A stretch of 64,000 bases of DNA from Camelus dromedarius (GCF_036321535.1 NC_087468.1:17050001-17114000); one strand, 5' to 3'. Positions 40,047-53,084 are shown, numbered from the stretch's first letter. The notes: generated by a model not told the origin, from the sequence alone. Numbers and translations are program-made.

Positions 40047-40564
40047 CGTGAATGAAAAACATTTCCTGCCGTATCAGTAAACAAAGGATGCTGTGGCCAT
40101 CAAGTCACCAGCCACCACTGCCACACCTGAGCCTAAGCGGAGGGAACTCAGGATGCAGACGAGCAGGCAGCCCGGCCTCTGCTGCCATCCCCAGCGGTGC
40201 ACCTGAGGGAACTCAGGATGTGGAAGCACAGGGCACTGGCCCTAGACAGCCAGGTGCACATCAAAGGAGTGATCTCAGTGAGCGCAGACCTTTGCACTGT
40301 CCCATACATAGTAGAGCATGAAATTTTTAAACTCAAGCTGTCTGGCTTTCTTTAATTAGCAATAATCTTTTACTGTTCTAACTACCTGGTCTTTGCTGCA
40401 AAAGCTCCTATACATCCTGGCCCCTCCCTTGCCTCTTCGGAGCGGTCTCTCAGAGCGATCTGAGAGGCTGCCTGCCAGGCTCAAGTCCTCAGAAAGTCCA
40501 ACCAATAAAACATAGCTTTCGGCTTCTAGGCTGTGCTTTTTTTGTTTGTTTGTTTTAGTCGACA
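40047..40564 (+). mobile_element. ERV1-class solo LTR (family A, copy 2)
   Basis: Colinear with 3520-4029, AATAAA at ~40504, ends GTCGACA. Start reads CGTGAATG (TG mutated); no clean TSD. Confidence 0.85.
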
Positions 40565-41590
40565 GTTTAAACAAACAAAAGCACCAACGAAATCATAAAA
40601 CTTCAAAATAATTGGTTTGATTTCTTTTTCTTTGAATATTTTTCACTATCGTTGTATTTGTAAGACTAGTTTAAAGAGTTTTAAAAAACGAAATGGAGAC
40701 ATCTCTTAATAAGTGATGCTCAAACCATCTCCTTCTGGCTTGTATGAAAAAAAAAAAGCAAAACAGCAGTTTGGTGTTCTTAATAATGTGTTCTAAGAAT
40801 AATACAAATGAGTCAAGCAGGACAACTTTAAGAGGATAGAAGATGGAGATAAATGGGTCCACTGGTGAATATATACTGAATTGGATGGGAATAATATCCT
40901 AAGTTCCAGCTGCTTTCGCCGTGTCAAAAGGTGAGCCTACCATTGTCAAAAAGGAGCCAGCAATGCAGGTGTAAATGTAAAATCTTACCTTTAAAAATAT
41001 TGGCAATTAAATCACAGCTTTAAAACAATTGTGCTGTTATACAAAGCATGCCTGCGGGCCATGTAGGGACTGCAGGGTACCAGTTCTTAACCTCTGTGTT
41101 AAGAAAATACAATGGCTTTCCTTTACTTTTTTCTCATCTTGGTTCTTACAAGTGGCTTTCTAATTTGAGTTACTTACATGGCAATAGGTATGTATAGATC
41201 CCAGGATGATACCATTCAAAGTTGTCTGGAGGAGAAAAAGACTTGCTCTGGTCCTAAGCAATGAGTCCTGATTTTTTTTAGGTTTTTCTTTTTTTTAATC
41301 CAAGCCAAAATGTTTCAAAATAAATTTTGAGGCCTTGTCAATGTCAAGAACATTCAAACAAAACAATTAAAATGCCCAATACAATTACCATAATTAAGAG
41401 TTTAATCACCTTTTATTAAAACATGAGCAGTCCTTTGAATTTATAAAAAGGGGTTCTTAACAGTGATCACAACAAAAACTTCTTCCAACCGTTTCTTCAT
41501 GATTTTCATGTTTTTCTCACAGACTAGTGACAGTTTCGACACCATAACTGTTTAGAGGCCTCTGTTTTAAAACTTCTGAAGATGTCACTG

Positions 41591-41800
41591 CAGATTGATA
41601 GCCCTCAGTCAGGGGCAATTTTGTCTTTCCCACTTCCAGTGAAATCTGCCAAGTGAGGACGGGAGGGGTTGCTACTCTCATCAACCTCTACTGGGCAGAG
41701 GCCAGCGCTTCTGTTAAATTTCCTGTGATGCACAGAACGGTCCCCTTCTCCAAAGAATTATGGAGCCCAGAAGGACAACAGTGCAGAGGTTGAAACACTG
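41591..41800 (+). mobile_element. MER20 (hAT-Charlie DNA transposon)
   Basis: GGGGCAATTTTGTC...GTTGCTACT...GGGCAGAGGCCAG...GATGCACAGAACGGTCCCC..CAAAGAATTAT...AGTGCAGAGGTTGAAACACTG matches the recalled MER20 consensus over nearly its full length. Confidence 0.8.
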
Positions 41801-41871
41801 CTTATGCAGAATTGGTCCTCCATTGACAGGAAAGGTTAAAGTCAGCACAAATTTCAAGAACAATCTTCGAG

Positions 41872-43268
41872 TACTTTTTTCATTATGGAAGTGAAATTCA
41901 CATAACAAAAGTTGGCCATTTAAAAAAGTGAGCAATTTAGTAGAATATAGTAAATTAACAATTTTATCCAGTCACTACCTTTATCTAGTTCCAAAACGTT
42001 TATCACCCCAAAGCAGACCCCGTACCCACGAAGCAGCCGTTTCCCGTGTCCTCTCCCCCCGACCCCCAGCCAGCCTCAGGCAGCACCAGTCTGCACTCTG
42101 TCTGCATTCTGAATGTTTCATACAAACGGCATCATACAATACGCCACTGTCTGCCGATGGCTTATTTCAGTTACCATGTTCTTGAGGTTTATTCACGTCA
42201 CATATCTCTGTATACCATTCATTTTTATAACTGAATAATTTTATATTTTATGGCTATACCACAATTTCTTCATCCGTTCTTCCACTGATAGAAAGTCGGG
42301 CTGTTTACAGTTTTTGGCTATTGTGAGCCATGCTCCTATCTACCTGTGTGTACAAGTTTTTTGTTTTTGTTTTTTTTTTGGACTACTTGTTTTGGTTCTT
42401 TTGGTTACATACTAAGGTGTGAAATTGTTCAACCATATGATAATTTTATATTTAACTTTTTGAGAAACTGCCAAACTGTTTTCTACAGGGCTAAAACCAT
42501 CCCCACCAGCAATGTATGAGGGTTCCAATTGTCCGCGTCCTTGTTAACACTTCGAATTTTCTATCATTCGGATGATAGCCATCCTGGTGGGTAATACCTC
42601 GTTGTGTTTTGATATATATTTTCCTATTGACTAATTGCTGCCCATTTGTCTGTCTTCTTTTGAGAAGTGTTTATTCACGTCTTTTGTTCNNNNNNNNNNN
42701 NNNNNNNNNNNNNNNNNNNNNNNNNNNNNNNNNNNNNNNNNNNNNNNNNNNNNNNNNNNNNNNNNNNNNNNNNNNNNNNNNNNNNNNNNNNNNNNNNNNN
42801 NNNNNNNNNNNNNNNNNNNNTTTTATACCTTTTGATAAATGTATATTTTTTAATTTTGATAAAGTCCAGTTCATCTGTTTCTCCTTTTGTTGCCCGTGCT
42901 TTTGCTATCACATCTAAGAATCCATCACCAGACTCAAGGTCATGGTAATTTACCCCTGTGTTTCTTTACGAGGATCTCATGGCTTTGGATCTTATATTTA
43001 GGTCATTTATCCATTTTGGGTTAGTTTTTGTATATGGCATGAGGTAGGGGTCTAGCTGTTCCATTTTGCATGTGCATATGCAAGTTTCTAACGGTTGAAA
43101 AGACTGTTCTTTCCTCATTGAATACATGGCACCCGTTCAAAATTAACTGGCCAGAGATACATGGGTTTATTTCTGGATTCAATTCTATTCCATAGAACCG
43201 TATGTCTGTCTTATGCCAATGCCACACTGTTTTGGTTACGGTAGATTTACAGGAAGTGTGAAACCAGG
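41872..43268 (-). mobile_element. L1MB-type 3' end (~1.4 kb, contains N-gap 42690-42820)
   Basis: Antisense L1M 3' UTR (GTGAAATTCACATAAC...TCTAGTTCCAAAACGTTTATCACCCCAAA) continuing into antisense ORF2 (TTTTGATAAAGTCCAGTTCATC, GGGTTTATTTCTGGATTC). Confidence 0.8.
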
Positions 43269-43819
43269 AAGTGTGAGGTGAGACTTTTATACACACAGCA
43301 CTGTGTGAGGTACTGCGTAAAAGTTAAAACAAAGAAAACTTAATACCTGTCTTTTTGGGGTAACTATATACAAATAAATTTTAAAATATTAATGCAAGAC
43401 AGCATATAGCTAAATACCATAGTGTATTGTTCACATATTGAAAATTATAGAGTCAGAGGATGGAAGTCGTAGTGCGCCAAAAGGGTGATGGTCTCATGGA
43501 TGGAATCGGAAGTCATGTCCCCCTCCAAGGAAAATTTATGTGATGAAAGAAGGAATGTGGGTTAAAATGTTTGTGAATGTTTACGTTTCACTTTCTCCGT
43601 ATCTTTTCTAGCTCATCATGACCTGCTGTTAGCCTGGCTTTTATGTACTAGGAATCTGACAAATAAATACAGGAAAACTAGTTTCTCTTGAGCCATGCAG
43701 ACAGTTGAGTAGTGCTGAGTTTTAGAAACTAAAGATCAGTGAAGATTGCCATTGTTGATAATACAATCAGGAGTGCCTCCCCATCAGGCCCTAAGTCACT
43801 CTTCAAGACCCTCATTCTT

Positions 43820-43984
43820 GGGGAGGGTAGAGCCCAAGTGGCTGAGCGCATGCTTAGCATGTACAAGGCCCTGGGTTCAATCCCCAGCACCTCCTCTAAA
43901 AAAAAAAAAATAAACCTAATTACCTCCTCCCCCAAATTAAAACAAATAAAAATAAAATTAAAAAAAATAAATAAAATATTAAAA
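43820..43984 (+). mobile_element. vic-1-type camelid tRNA-derived SINE
   Basis: GGGAGGGTAGAGCCCAAGTGGCTGAGCGCATGCTTAGCATG...GGTTCAATCCCCAGCACCTCCTCT, A-run, AAACCTAATTACCTCC, A-rich tail; TSD AAGACCCTCATTCTT/AATACTCTCATTCTT (13 of 15). Confidence 0.92.
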
Positions 43985-44281
43985 AATACTCTCATTCTTC
44001 TCTGGCTTTGCTGCCACACTCGATGTCCCCCCAGTTTTCTTCTGTAATTACTCTTTTGCTTTGCAGCACTGTTTCATGCACACTCTCTGATTCCAACACA
44101 GCATAGTAAGAGAGCAAGTGTCTACACATGCAAGCTACAATGATCAGTGAATTTGCTAAAAGAAAAAAAAAAAAAGATGATCACCAAACTCGACCTACCC
44201 CAATAAATTCTTTTACCTTACAATGGATGGTTAAATATGGCGAGTTTCTGTATTCTTCTGCTGTCTGACTATAACTACCTA

Positions 44282-44752
44282 ACTTCCTTTCTTCCTTCCC
44301 CACCTCCTTTCTTNNNNNNNNNNNNNNNNNNNNNNNNNNNNNNNNNNNNNNNNNNNNNNNNNNNNNNNNNNNNNNNNNNNNNNNNNNNNNNNNNNNNNNN
44401 NNNNNNNNNNNNNNNNNNNNNNNNNNNNNNNNNNNNNNNNNNNNNNNNNNNNNNNNNNNNNNNNNNNNNNNNNNNNNNNNNNNNNNNNNNNNNNNNNNNN
44501 NNNNNNNNNNNNNNNNNNNNNNNNNNNNNNNNNNNNNNNNNNNNNNNNNNNNNNNNNNNNNNNNNNNNNNNNNNNNNNNNNNNNNNNNNNNNNNNNNNNN
44601 NNNNNNNNNNNNNNNNNNNNNNNNNNNNNNNNNNNNNNNNNNNNNNNNNNNNNNNNNNNNNNNNNNNNNNNNNNNNNNNNNNNNNNNNNNNNNNNNNNNN
44701 NNNNNNNNNNNCCCTGACCCTGCCTTCCTCCCTTCCTTCTTTCCTTTCCCTT
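44282..44752. repeat. CT-rich low-complexity tract spanning a 398-N gap (44314-44711)
   Basis: CTTCC/CTTT repeats on both gap flanks. Confidence 0.7.
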
Positions 44753-45322
44753 TATTTTGGGAATTCGCATCCCTCCCTGCTTCTACCACAACTCTGGACC
44801 TCTATCCTTTTTGACTCACACAGGGGTGGTTAAAACACAGATTGCCCAGAATTCTTTCTTCCCTGTGTTTTCTGAGAATGTTATTAGGAATGGTGGGTTC
44901 ATGTGAGAACGATGGCGTGCCATCCTCTACCAATCACTCTGTGCCAACTGTTGGAGACGCAGCAGAATCAGTTTCACCTTAGCCAACATCCAAGTCCCCA
45001 TCTTCTGTTTTAAACAATGATGGGGAAAGCCACGGATGTCAGTTTGCCTTAACTCAGCAGCAGATCTGAGAGTAAGAATGATTTAAAGGTGACTGAACCA
45101 AAGAAAGTTTCCAGCTGGATAAGACCAACTCTCTCACACTCAAAGCCAAATCAAAAAGAAAAATAAAAGGAAAACACAGAGAGGTTTTGGTCAATGGATT
45201 TACAGCTGTCACTCTTTGACATAAAGTTTGGAAAATCTGTTACCAAACTTGCTGAATGTTTTTTTAAGTTCTGAATATTTCCCTGTCAGTGGATACTACT
45301 AGTCTATTTTTTATCTTAAGAA

Positions 45323-45323
<1 letters not shown>

Positions 45324-45357
<34 letters not shown>
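45324..45357 (+). repeat. (TG)17 microsatellite
   Basis: Read directly from sequence. Confidence 0.97.
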
Positions 45358-45358
<1 letters not shown>

Positions 45359-45720
45359 AGGGGTGTACATCTGTGTGTGATTTACCTATTAAATTTAACA
45401 TCTCTGCAGTGAGCTTTTTCAAACAAACCACAAGAGACTAGGTCAATAAAAAATAAGAGTTCCAAACAAAATAGTTTTGCCCAAGACTCCGATCATTGAA
45501 GACAGAGTGTTCCCAAGGCGTGTATTTTTTAAACACCATTCTGGCATTTACTTGAATTTCTATGATAATAATTACCAAACAGAATCGGTCTTCTCCGACA
45601 TGATGGATAGCCCTATGAATACCCAAAGACATTCCCATAACCGCAAGCTGTGGAAAAGCGTGTACCTCTGGAATGGAATATAAACATCTCGGGGCAGCAC
45701 CAGTCCTTACAGGCTATGGA

Positions 45721-46230
45721 GGGACAGAAAGGGGGCCCTGATTTGCTGCAGTGCCGGACAGCGCACCAGGCTGCCCGTGGTCCTGACGCGGACACTCCTG
45801 AGGACCGTGCTCGGCTCACGCCCAGGCAGCATGTTGGATGCCACGTTGCTTTCTCTAATTCCTGCATCCGCACGTGATGGAATGTCGCGCTGCAGCTGTA
45901 AGGGCACAAACACAGTCCCTCCGCGCCCACGGCAGCATGTGACGTCAGGTGCTTGGCAACTGCGCTGGCGCATCTTGCTGAGGGCACCTGTGCCGTGGTC
46001 CTCCGGGGAGCAGGGCGCCCAGCTGTGGGTTAGCGTCTCTCCGCTGTAATCTGCTCCTTTTCATTTGATTTCTCTGTGTGGGTTTGGCAAAGCTGCTCCG
46101 AACCTTGGGCTGCTTAACTGTGAAGTGAGAAACCTCGCCGTGGTGCTATTTAGAGCCCAAAGGCAGGTGAGACCCCGTGTGCCTGTTCTGTGACAAGGGA
46201 AGCGAGCTAACACTTGTGTTTCACGTGATG
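45721..46230. promoter_or_regulatory. CpG-rich candidate regulatory element with full CRE and two CACGTG E-boxes
   Basis: About two dozen CpGs in 45721-46050 by manual count; TGACGTCA at 45940-45947; CACGTG at 45871-45876; TCACGTGA at 46221-46228. Confidence 0.4.
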
Positions 46231-46386
46231 CCATTACAATTTAGTTCAAAACTTCCTGTTGAGAATGGACAGAAAGGTCCTTTGGTAGCATTTGCACAGT
46301 AAAGTGGAGCCAACCGCCTCAAAAACATATTCTGCCTTTCTGCTGCCCCCTAAAAATTTCTGCAATGTTGGAGAGACACCCTACAC

Positions 46387-46532
46387 TCCGTGCTGTCCAG
46401 TACAGTCTCCCCATGTGTGGCTGGTAAGTCTTTGCAGTGTGGGTCGTGTGGGGGAGAAACTAATTTTTATTGTTAAGTAATTCAACTGAAATTGACCACA
46501 TGCGGTCAGTGGCTACTGAGTTGGACGGCCCG
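46387..46532 (+). mobile_element. MER3 (hAT-Charlie) fragment
   Basis: GTGCTGTCCAGTAC...CATGTGTGGCTGG...CCACATGCGGTCAGTGGCTACTGAGTTGGAC matches the recalled MER3 consensus. Confidence 0.7.
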
Positions 46533-47309
46533 GATTCTAGCCGCTGCCTCTTAAAAATCGTGATACTGTGTGCAATTATGAAATGACTATTTGTGTAGTA
46601 TCTTCTCAACCGTAGTTTTAAAAAACAAAAAAAGCAAGAAACACTTAGGACCTTGGTTTAGCCAGTTTATCTCCTTCCCGTGTCTCTCTGGGCCAGGGAC
46701 TAGGGTGACGGCGTGATGTTGTGTGTTATTTAGGACGTGGTCCACGGTCCTCGGGTGGTGCACTATGGACTAAAAATGACAGGTATGCATGTTAAAGATC
46801 CCGTGACAGTCATAGGTGGCTTGATACAGGTGAGCACAGGGTGCTCATAGAATACACAGAAAGTCTGACTAAAAGGAAATGCTTGGCCGAAGAGGTGACA
46901 TTTAAATTGAGCTTGAGAGATAAAAAGAAATAATGGGATACAGTCAGTACAAAAACTGCCAGCCACAAACACTTAGAACTTCTGGATAAAATAGAAGAGG
47001 GATTTAACAGAAGAACTACGCTTACAAGAGAAAAAGAAATAAGGAGAGGAACTTCTCAGCTTTCAGAAAGGAAGGGCATCTGATCGCTAGATCAGTAAAC
47101 ACGTGTGCCAACACAGCGGGGCTGGGTAGACCTGGGGTTATTGCTTTATGAGTCTAGGGGCTTGGGGTTTGAAACCTCCTCGGGACACTAGACAAGGACA
47201 CGGGGGGGCGGGGGAAACAGAGACCCATGTAAAGCCAGTGTCCTGCAGACGAGGGCTGCACCCTTGGTGAAAGGTGACCTTTCAGAGGAGAGTCAGCCGA
47301 GCACGGTCC

Positions 47310-47468
47310 GTAAGGCAGAGACTCTCAGGCCTGGTGCTCCAGCAGCGCCTGCGGGGGCAGAGGAACAGGAATAAAAAGCAAGGATGCCGCATCACGCCGC
47401 CTGATGAGCCCAGGACCTCTGTGCTGCACAGGCAGTTCCAAAGCGCAGCCCAGTTTGAGAACCGCTGT
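47310..47468. mobile_element. MER5A-like (hAT-Charlie) element
   Basis: Terminal GCGCAGCCCAGTTTGAGAACCGCTG matches the MER5A end. Confidence 0.55.
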
Positions 47469-48127
47469 TGGAAGTGAACATCTCTGAGAATTTAAAACCC
47501 CACATATCATGCAAAATGGGGATTTACACCTCCGCTGATGTCATGAGCAGGAAATCATAATCGGAAATACTAGCAAGAACACCCTTCCAAAACTGATGCT
47601 CCTGGAATTCCTGGGGACCCAAGGAGTCCTGCAGGTAAAAAAAAAAAACTCTTCCAAAGTTGAACTGAAAACAAATGAACAAAAACCAGTTGGTTTTCAT
47701 TCTTGTTTTTCAACGTACAACCTGGCACACACAGAATAATGTGTTTAACAAATATATACTGACCTAACAAATGTTTTTCTTTCTCGCAGGACGATGGTCA
47801 GGATTTACCATCATTCCCAGGGTGCCTTTTGAGTAGCCCTGTATTACTCTGAGTTTCCTGGCACCAGGATTTCTTTTATGTTGATTCCTTCAGTAAAGTC
47901 AAAATGTGGACGTCACACTTAGCTCAGAACCGCATCCAAAATGCTTCTTACATTGATTATAACTTTTCACATTTACTGTATCTGCTAAAAGAATCAAAGC
48001 TGTCTTCACACTCTCAGGTGGAGGTGCTGGCTGTATATTCCTGGCTCCCCCTGACTCCAGTTCCTCTAATTACCACCCCCACTAATCATGGTCATCCTGA
48101 TGGAGACTCCCAAGAGAAAGCTGAGAT

Positions 48128-48144
48128 TAGATAAATAGATAGAT

Positions 48145-48187
<43 letters not shown>
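48128..48187 (+). repeat. (TAGA/GATA)n tetranucleotide STR with interruptions
   Basis: Read directly from sequence. Confidence 0.97.
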
Positions 48188-48188
<1 letters not shown>

Positions 48189-49706
48189 TAAAAGTCACAG
48201 CTCAGGGCTTCTGTGTCTGGCCTTCCAGGTTGGTGGTGGGATGGGCAACGCAGAACAAGAAAATTCAGAGGTAGTTCTGCTTTCCTGATGGCTTCCAGTG
48301 GTTCCTTTTACTTTACCCTTTAATGTTTTTTCCTGTTTTCCCTTCAGTATCAGCCACCTTCCCTGCAACTTTCATTTATTCTCTTTTGCACAAAGTTGAT
48401 CTTCTCATGAATATATTTTTTTTCTCTTTCCTGCGCACAGCAACTCTTATTAAGGAGATTTGTATTCAACTCTCAGCAAGGGAAATTGGACTTTCCTTAT
48501 AAGCACAGCAAGGCTACGGTTCTTGAAGTTTCTCTCCTAAGAATTTCCACAACTTTTTATCCCCCTCTCTGTGCCTGACTTTTGTAATAAATGTAATTTC
48601 CTTGCCTTGACAGTAGGGTTAGGAGTCCAGTAAATTACTTTGCTTCTGGCTAAATGTGATAGAATAAACTTTGACCCTCTTAATGTTCCTTTTACACAGA
48701 AGAGTTCTATACATTTATTTCATGTTTACTTCAAGAATGTTTGCCACTTCAAGAAAAAAAAGGTGAACTCCTTGCTCTTTCTCTATAAAATGGATTTATA
48801 TCAAGGAATTAAATGCATAGCATTTTTATAGCTTTGTCTTCTCCTGGCTGTCTTAGGAAGTTTGTTGTAAGTCAATCAAGAAAAAAAATTTCAGTAAGCA
48901 CATTTGATGTACAAGCCACTGAGAGGAACACAAATACTCATATTCAATGAACATGTAAAGATGTTTCATGTATCAATTACCGCCTTAGATACAGCCCCAG
49001 AACTGTATATGTACATACATACATATATATGTGCATGCACATAATTTATTATTTATAAGAACATTGAAAATTGTAAATATTGTTACTTGAATAGTTCAGT
49101 TCATAGGCATCTTTAATACCAGTATATAAAATTTTAACTGTTTTTTTTTTTTGGCTGAATTGCAGTTCAGTTAATGATCGGTCCAATTCCAATAGCTCCA
49201 ACCATGGGTCAAATAATTTCGAAGAAATTATGAGAAACATAAGTCCATACAGAGATTAGTTAGTGATTACTTTCCCCTTATTTAGTTAAGCAAAGATATG
49301 ATTAAAAGTCATACAATTATGAAAAAGAATGCTAGAATAGATGGCTGTTTGGATTCATTAAATGTTTCAAACCAATGATAACGTGGAAAATTAAACATAC
49401 ACAAGGTCAAATGATAAGACAATAAGGGTTTTAAGTCATGGTCTCAAGTACAAATAAATGGCTGAGCTGTAGCATTAAAGATGTCTCCATTTAAAAGGAC
49501 TTAAAAGGCTGCAGCTCGTTCTGTAGGACTGTCTTCACGGTTAGCAGTCTGTTCTCTTCCAGTTCTCCATTTGGCGTCTATAAAATTGGAATATAGTTTG
49601 TTCCGTCCTGCAGAAGCTGGGAGGTCCAGCCGTGATGATTCTGTGGTAACGCACGTGTGCACGAGCTAACCCGTGATCCGAGTGTAGGACCCGGCGCTGA
49701 AAGGCG

Positions 49707-49707
<1 letters not shown>

Positions 49708-49741
<34 letters not shown>
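49708..49741 (+). repeat. (TG)17 microsatellite
   Basis: Read directly from sequence. Confidence 0.97.
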
Positions 49742-49744
<3 letters not shown>

Positions 49745-51559
49745 GTGTATATCAACGTACATAATTATCACGTGACCTAGATTATGTTGTCTGTGATACT
49801 TGAACCATTTAAGTGGTTATTTACCCGAGACTTCCGAGGGCGGGCGTCCTAGGAAACATTCTGTTTCAGTGTTATATTTCTGGTTAATCCATGTCAATAC
49901 TTTTTTGTTCTATTTTTGGCTACTATGTAACGGTCAGTGAGAGATCTTCCGAGCATTCCGGAGGCACTTCTTGGTCGTACAGTGAAGGGTTCACATCACC
50001 AGTTAAGAAATATTAACAACACACCTTAAGCTTTCTCCTAAGCTCCCAAACCTCACGTTCCCAGGACGAGCTCTGAGGTGGCCCAACACACACGTGGGCC
50101 ACTGGAGGGACTGTCAGTGGATGGAGACATGGATTTTCAACTCAGCATCCAGAACGTGCGCCTTGCTGATTCAGCCGTTCTCAGGCCAGGATCGAGATGT
50201 GCACGTTCGTGCCTTCCGCTCCTCTGAACCGCGAGGAATTTTAAAAATAGTCCTCACTTATTCTCAGGAACAGAGGTTTGTAACTCGCATTTCATCCTGC
50301 TTACTCCTGAGATGCGTGACGAAGCCAGGTCTCTCATCATCACCGTCCCCTTTCTTATGAAACGTGCGTGTGTTCTCTGCAACGTACAACCCTTACGTAC
50401 CTGGCAATACTGGCATAAACTCCAGTAAATATGAAGTCGAAATCAGGAAAGAGGATCGCTGAAAGCATCCTGTTTGTGAATATGACCAACGGAAGTAGTC
50501 TACAGCAGATACATTTATTGTTGAAAGGAATGAAAACAATAACCGAGTGAGTGAAAAGGGACAGAAAGGACAACGTTCCCGTAAAGGATGAGGGTAAATC
50601 ACGGGGAGGGAACTTGCGGGGCCTTAACCACAGCGGCGCCTGTCCTGCCTGAACCTCGGAAAGCAGGCAAGTGCACATTGTCGGCCTCCGCTTGCTGAGA
50701 TGGGCTGCACCTTCGGCGGCTATCATCTACAAATCTCGGCGTTAAAGCAGCTGAGGGGTGGAAAACCGTATTAGCTGAACCCTAGGGGAGCTGCTGTTTA
50801 GAAAGAGAAGGCGCTGAAACAGCGCGGAAGTCTGAAAATCTAATGAACAGCCTGAAGAGTGGATCTCCATAGGGGAGTTGGCCAGGTCAAGTCGCTGATG
50901 GTCTGTCATTTTTAAAATTACACCAGAATAGGAGTGATTATCTGCTTTCCCTGTGTAAGACTCAGCCCAGGGGGGATATCAATGCCCCTGAGAATCGCAT
51001 GTTTCCTCAGTGATTCATGGGAAAGCACTGTATTCATGAGCATGGCGGAGGAACAAAAAATGTATGGAGGTGCGGGCCAACTTGCAAAATGAACAGCAGA
51101 CCCCACATTAAGGAGAAAAGCCATTTAGAGAGTGTTCAGGCGCTAAGTTTAGAAAAACAACACAAAAAAGCCACTGTCCATGTTCACCTCTGTCCTCACC
51201 CATGTCACTCAACGTGTGCTCTCTGCACGGTGGTGACAACTGTGGCATTAGCAGACTGATATCCTAAATGGTTGTGGGTGAGGTTTAAATGATTTATTAC
51301 CCCTCACAGCTCAAGCATCCATTGCTGGTGAGTACATTACTTATATTAAATTGAAGCGGGGTGGACTTACATCACACACTTGCCCTGACACGCCCTCATT
51401 TGAATGAGAAAGAAGATAGGGAATTTGAGCTTATCAGAAATTGGACCCAACTTTGAAGAGGATCAGTGAAACCATATACTCCACTGGAACAACAGTATTA
51501 ACGTTTGCAGTGACACTGCCGTGAGTTTGAATATGTCTCTTGCAGCCACGCAGAATTCC

Positions 51560-51880
51560 TTACCATTCTGTGACGTGCTTTCATTCCTTAAACCTCTCCT
51601 TTGGGCTGAATGTCCTTCTTTGTGATAATATCTCTACTGCCCTCCTTTCATCATCACCCAAATTTAATCATCATCTCTTCTATATTTGCATGATTACTAG
51701 ATACTGCTCCGCCACTCCCTATGCAGAATACATGATGAGCGCCTCAGCACTGGTCTTACTGCACTGGCATTGTAATTATTTTATTTGTCTCTTACGAGAC
51801 TACAAGCCCCTTGAGTTTTGAATCTTGCCTAATTTATCTCTAGATGCACAAAGTTTAACACAAGGCCACTGCATACCCGC
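51560..51880 (+). mobile_element. L2 3' fragment
   Basis: GCACTGGCATTGTAATTATTTT..TTGTCTC..GAGACTACAAGCCCCTTGAG matches the L2 3' end. Confidence 0.55.
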
Positions 51881-53084
51881 AAGCAAGTAGAGTATATATA
51901 TGCATATATATGTGTGTGTGTGTGTGTGTATACACACACACAATTTGTTTTCTTGTTTTCTTGATTTTATGTAATATAAGTAATAAAAAAAATTCTTATA
52001 ATAATTTTCTACTGGATCTCATTAGCTGAGTAATGGTGCCCATCACAAGGGCAGATGGTACCGGACGACACCTTTTATTTTTCAGTCTGGGTTTTTTTTT
52101 TTTTCCGAAATGAGTTTGTAAACTGATAGTGTATTTAGCTTGTTCAGAAACTGAGGCTGGGCTCTCTGAAAAGGCCAGTTTCTGTCTCTGAGAAACACTA
52201 TGGCTGAGGCTCCCGTCAGTCAGTAGTAACTGACCAGCTGCCCCTGAAACCTGGCCTTGGCCAGCCGTGGGCACTGCTGTGCTGCGGGTGTCACAGCAGC
52301 CAGTCCCGGGCCCTGTGATGAGGACAGCAGCCCTGCCTCACAGCACCCAGCAGACTCTCCCTCCAGCCTCCGTCAGGGCAGGTCCCCTTCCACTCTCGCC
52401 CTTCACAGGGTGATTGGAACCCACCATAAAATATGTCGTAGACGGAAATCTGTCTGCTGTCAACATGAGTTTGGGGGCAGTGAATTTAGCCAGAAGTGAT
52501 CACTAAAGCAGGGTTGGCGTGGTATGTAGAAGTGTGTGTGTCTCCAAATGGGCGCTCGTAGAAAGCAGGGATTTCTGGGTATGTTATTTTATTGCCCATG
52601 TATGAACGAAACACTGAACGGAGGAGTTAAGAATGTTCTCTGAAGCCCGAGTTCAGTAACCAGTCCTGAGAAGTATCACCCTGTGGGGCCTTTAGGAGGT
52701 GATTCTGACTCCCTGATAGCAAAGCCTTCAGAGCACGGCTGTGGAGGGTTATAAGAGAACGCACTGAAAGGGTTTTGCATAGCAAATAATAAGTACTCCT
52801 ATTAAGTTTGGCTCTGTATTATTTTTAAGTCCTTAATCTTTACTGAGTTCTTACTGTGCTCTAGGCAGTGGGCCAAGTTGTTTACAATTGTCGTTTCATT
52901 TTATCCTCACAATATACTATTACTTTTCCCCTTTTCTGGTATCTCATGGAAGGTTCCATATGTTTAGTGACTTCCTAAAATTCCTGAATTAAGGAGTGAT
53001 TGATATTCTACTTTGAAAATAAAGTCCTTAACAGGTGTCCTGTAAGCATATGAATGAATATTACACCTGTTTAAAGAAAATCAT

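Noticed and set aside
3520-40564. One giant provirus bounded by the family-A LTRs
   Set aside because: Copy 1 has its own TSD on both sides, the copies are too diverged, and the 36 kb between them has no retroviral ORFs.
43820-43898. tRNA-Ala-like gene (also 33960-34046 on the minus strand)
   Set aside because: It has a SINE body, A-rich tail and TSDs, and degenerate stems, so it is a vic-1 SINE rather than a tRNA gene.
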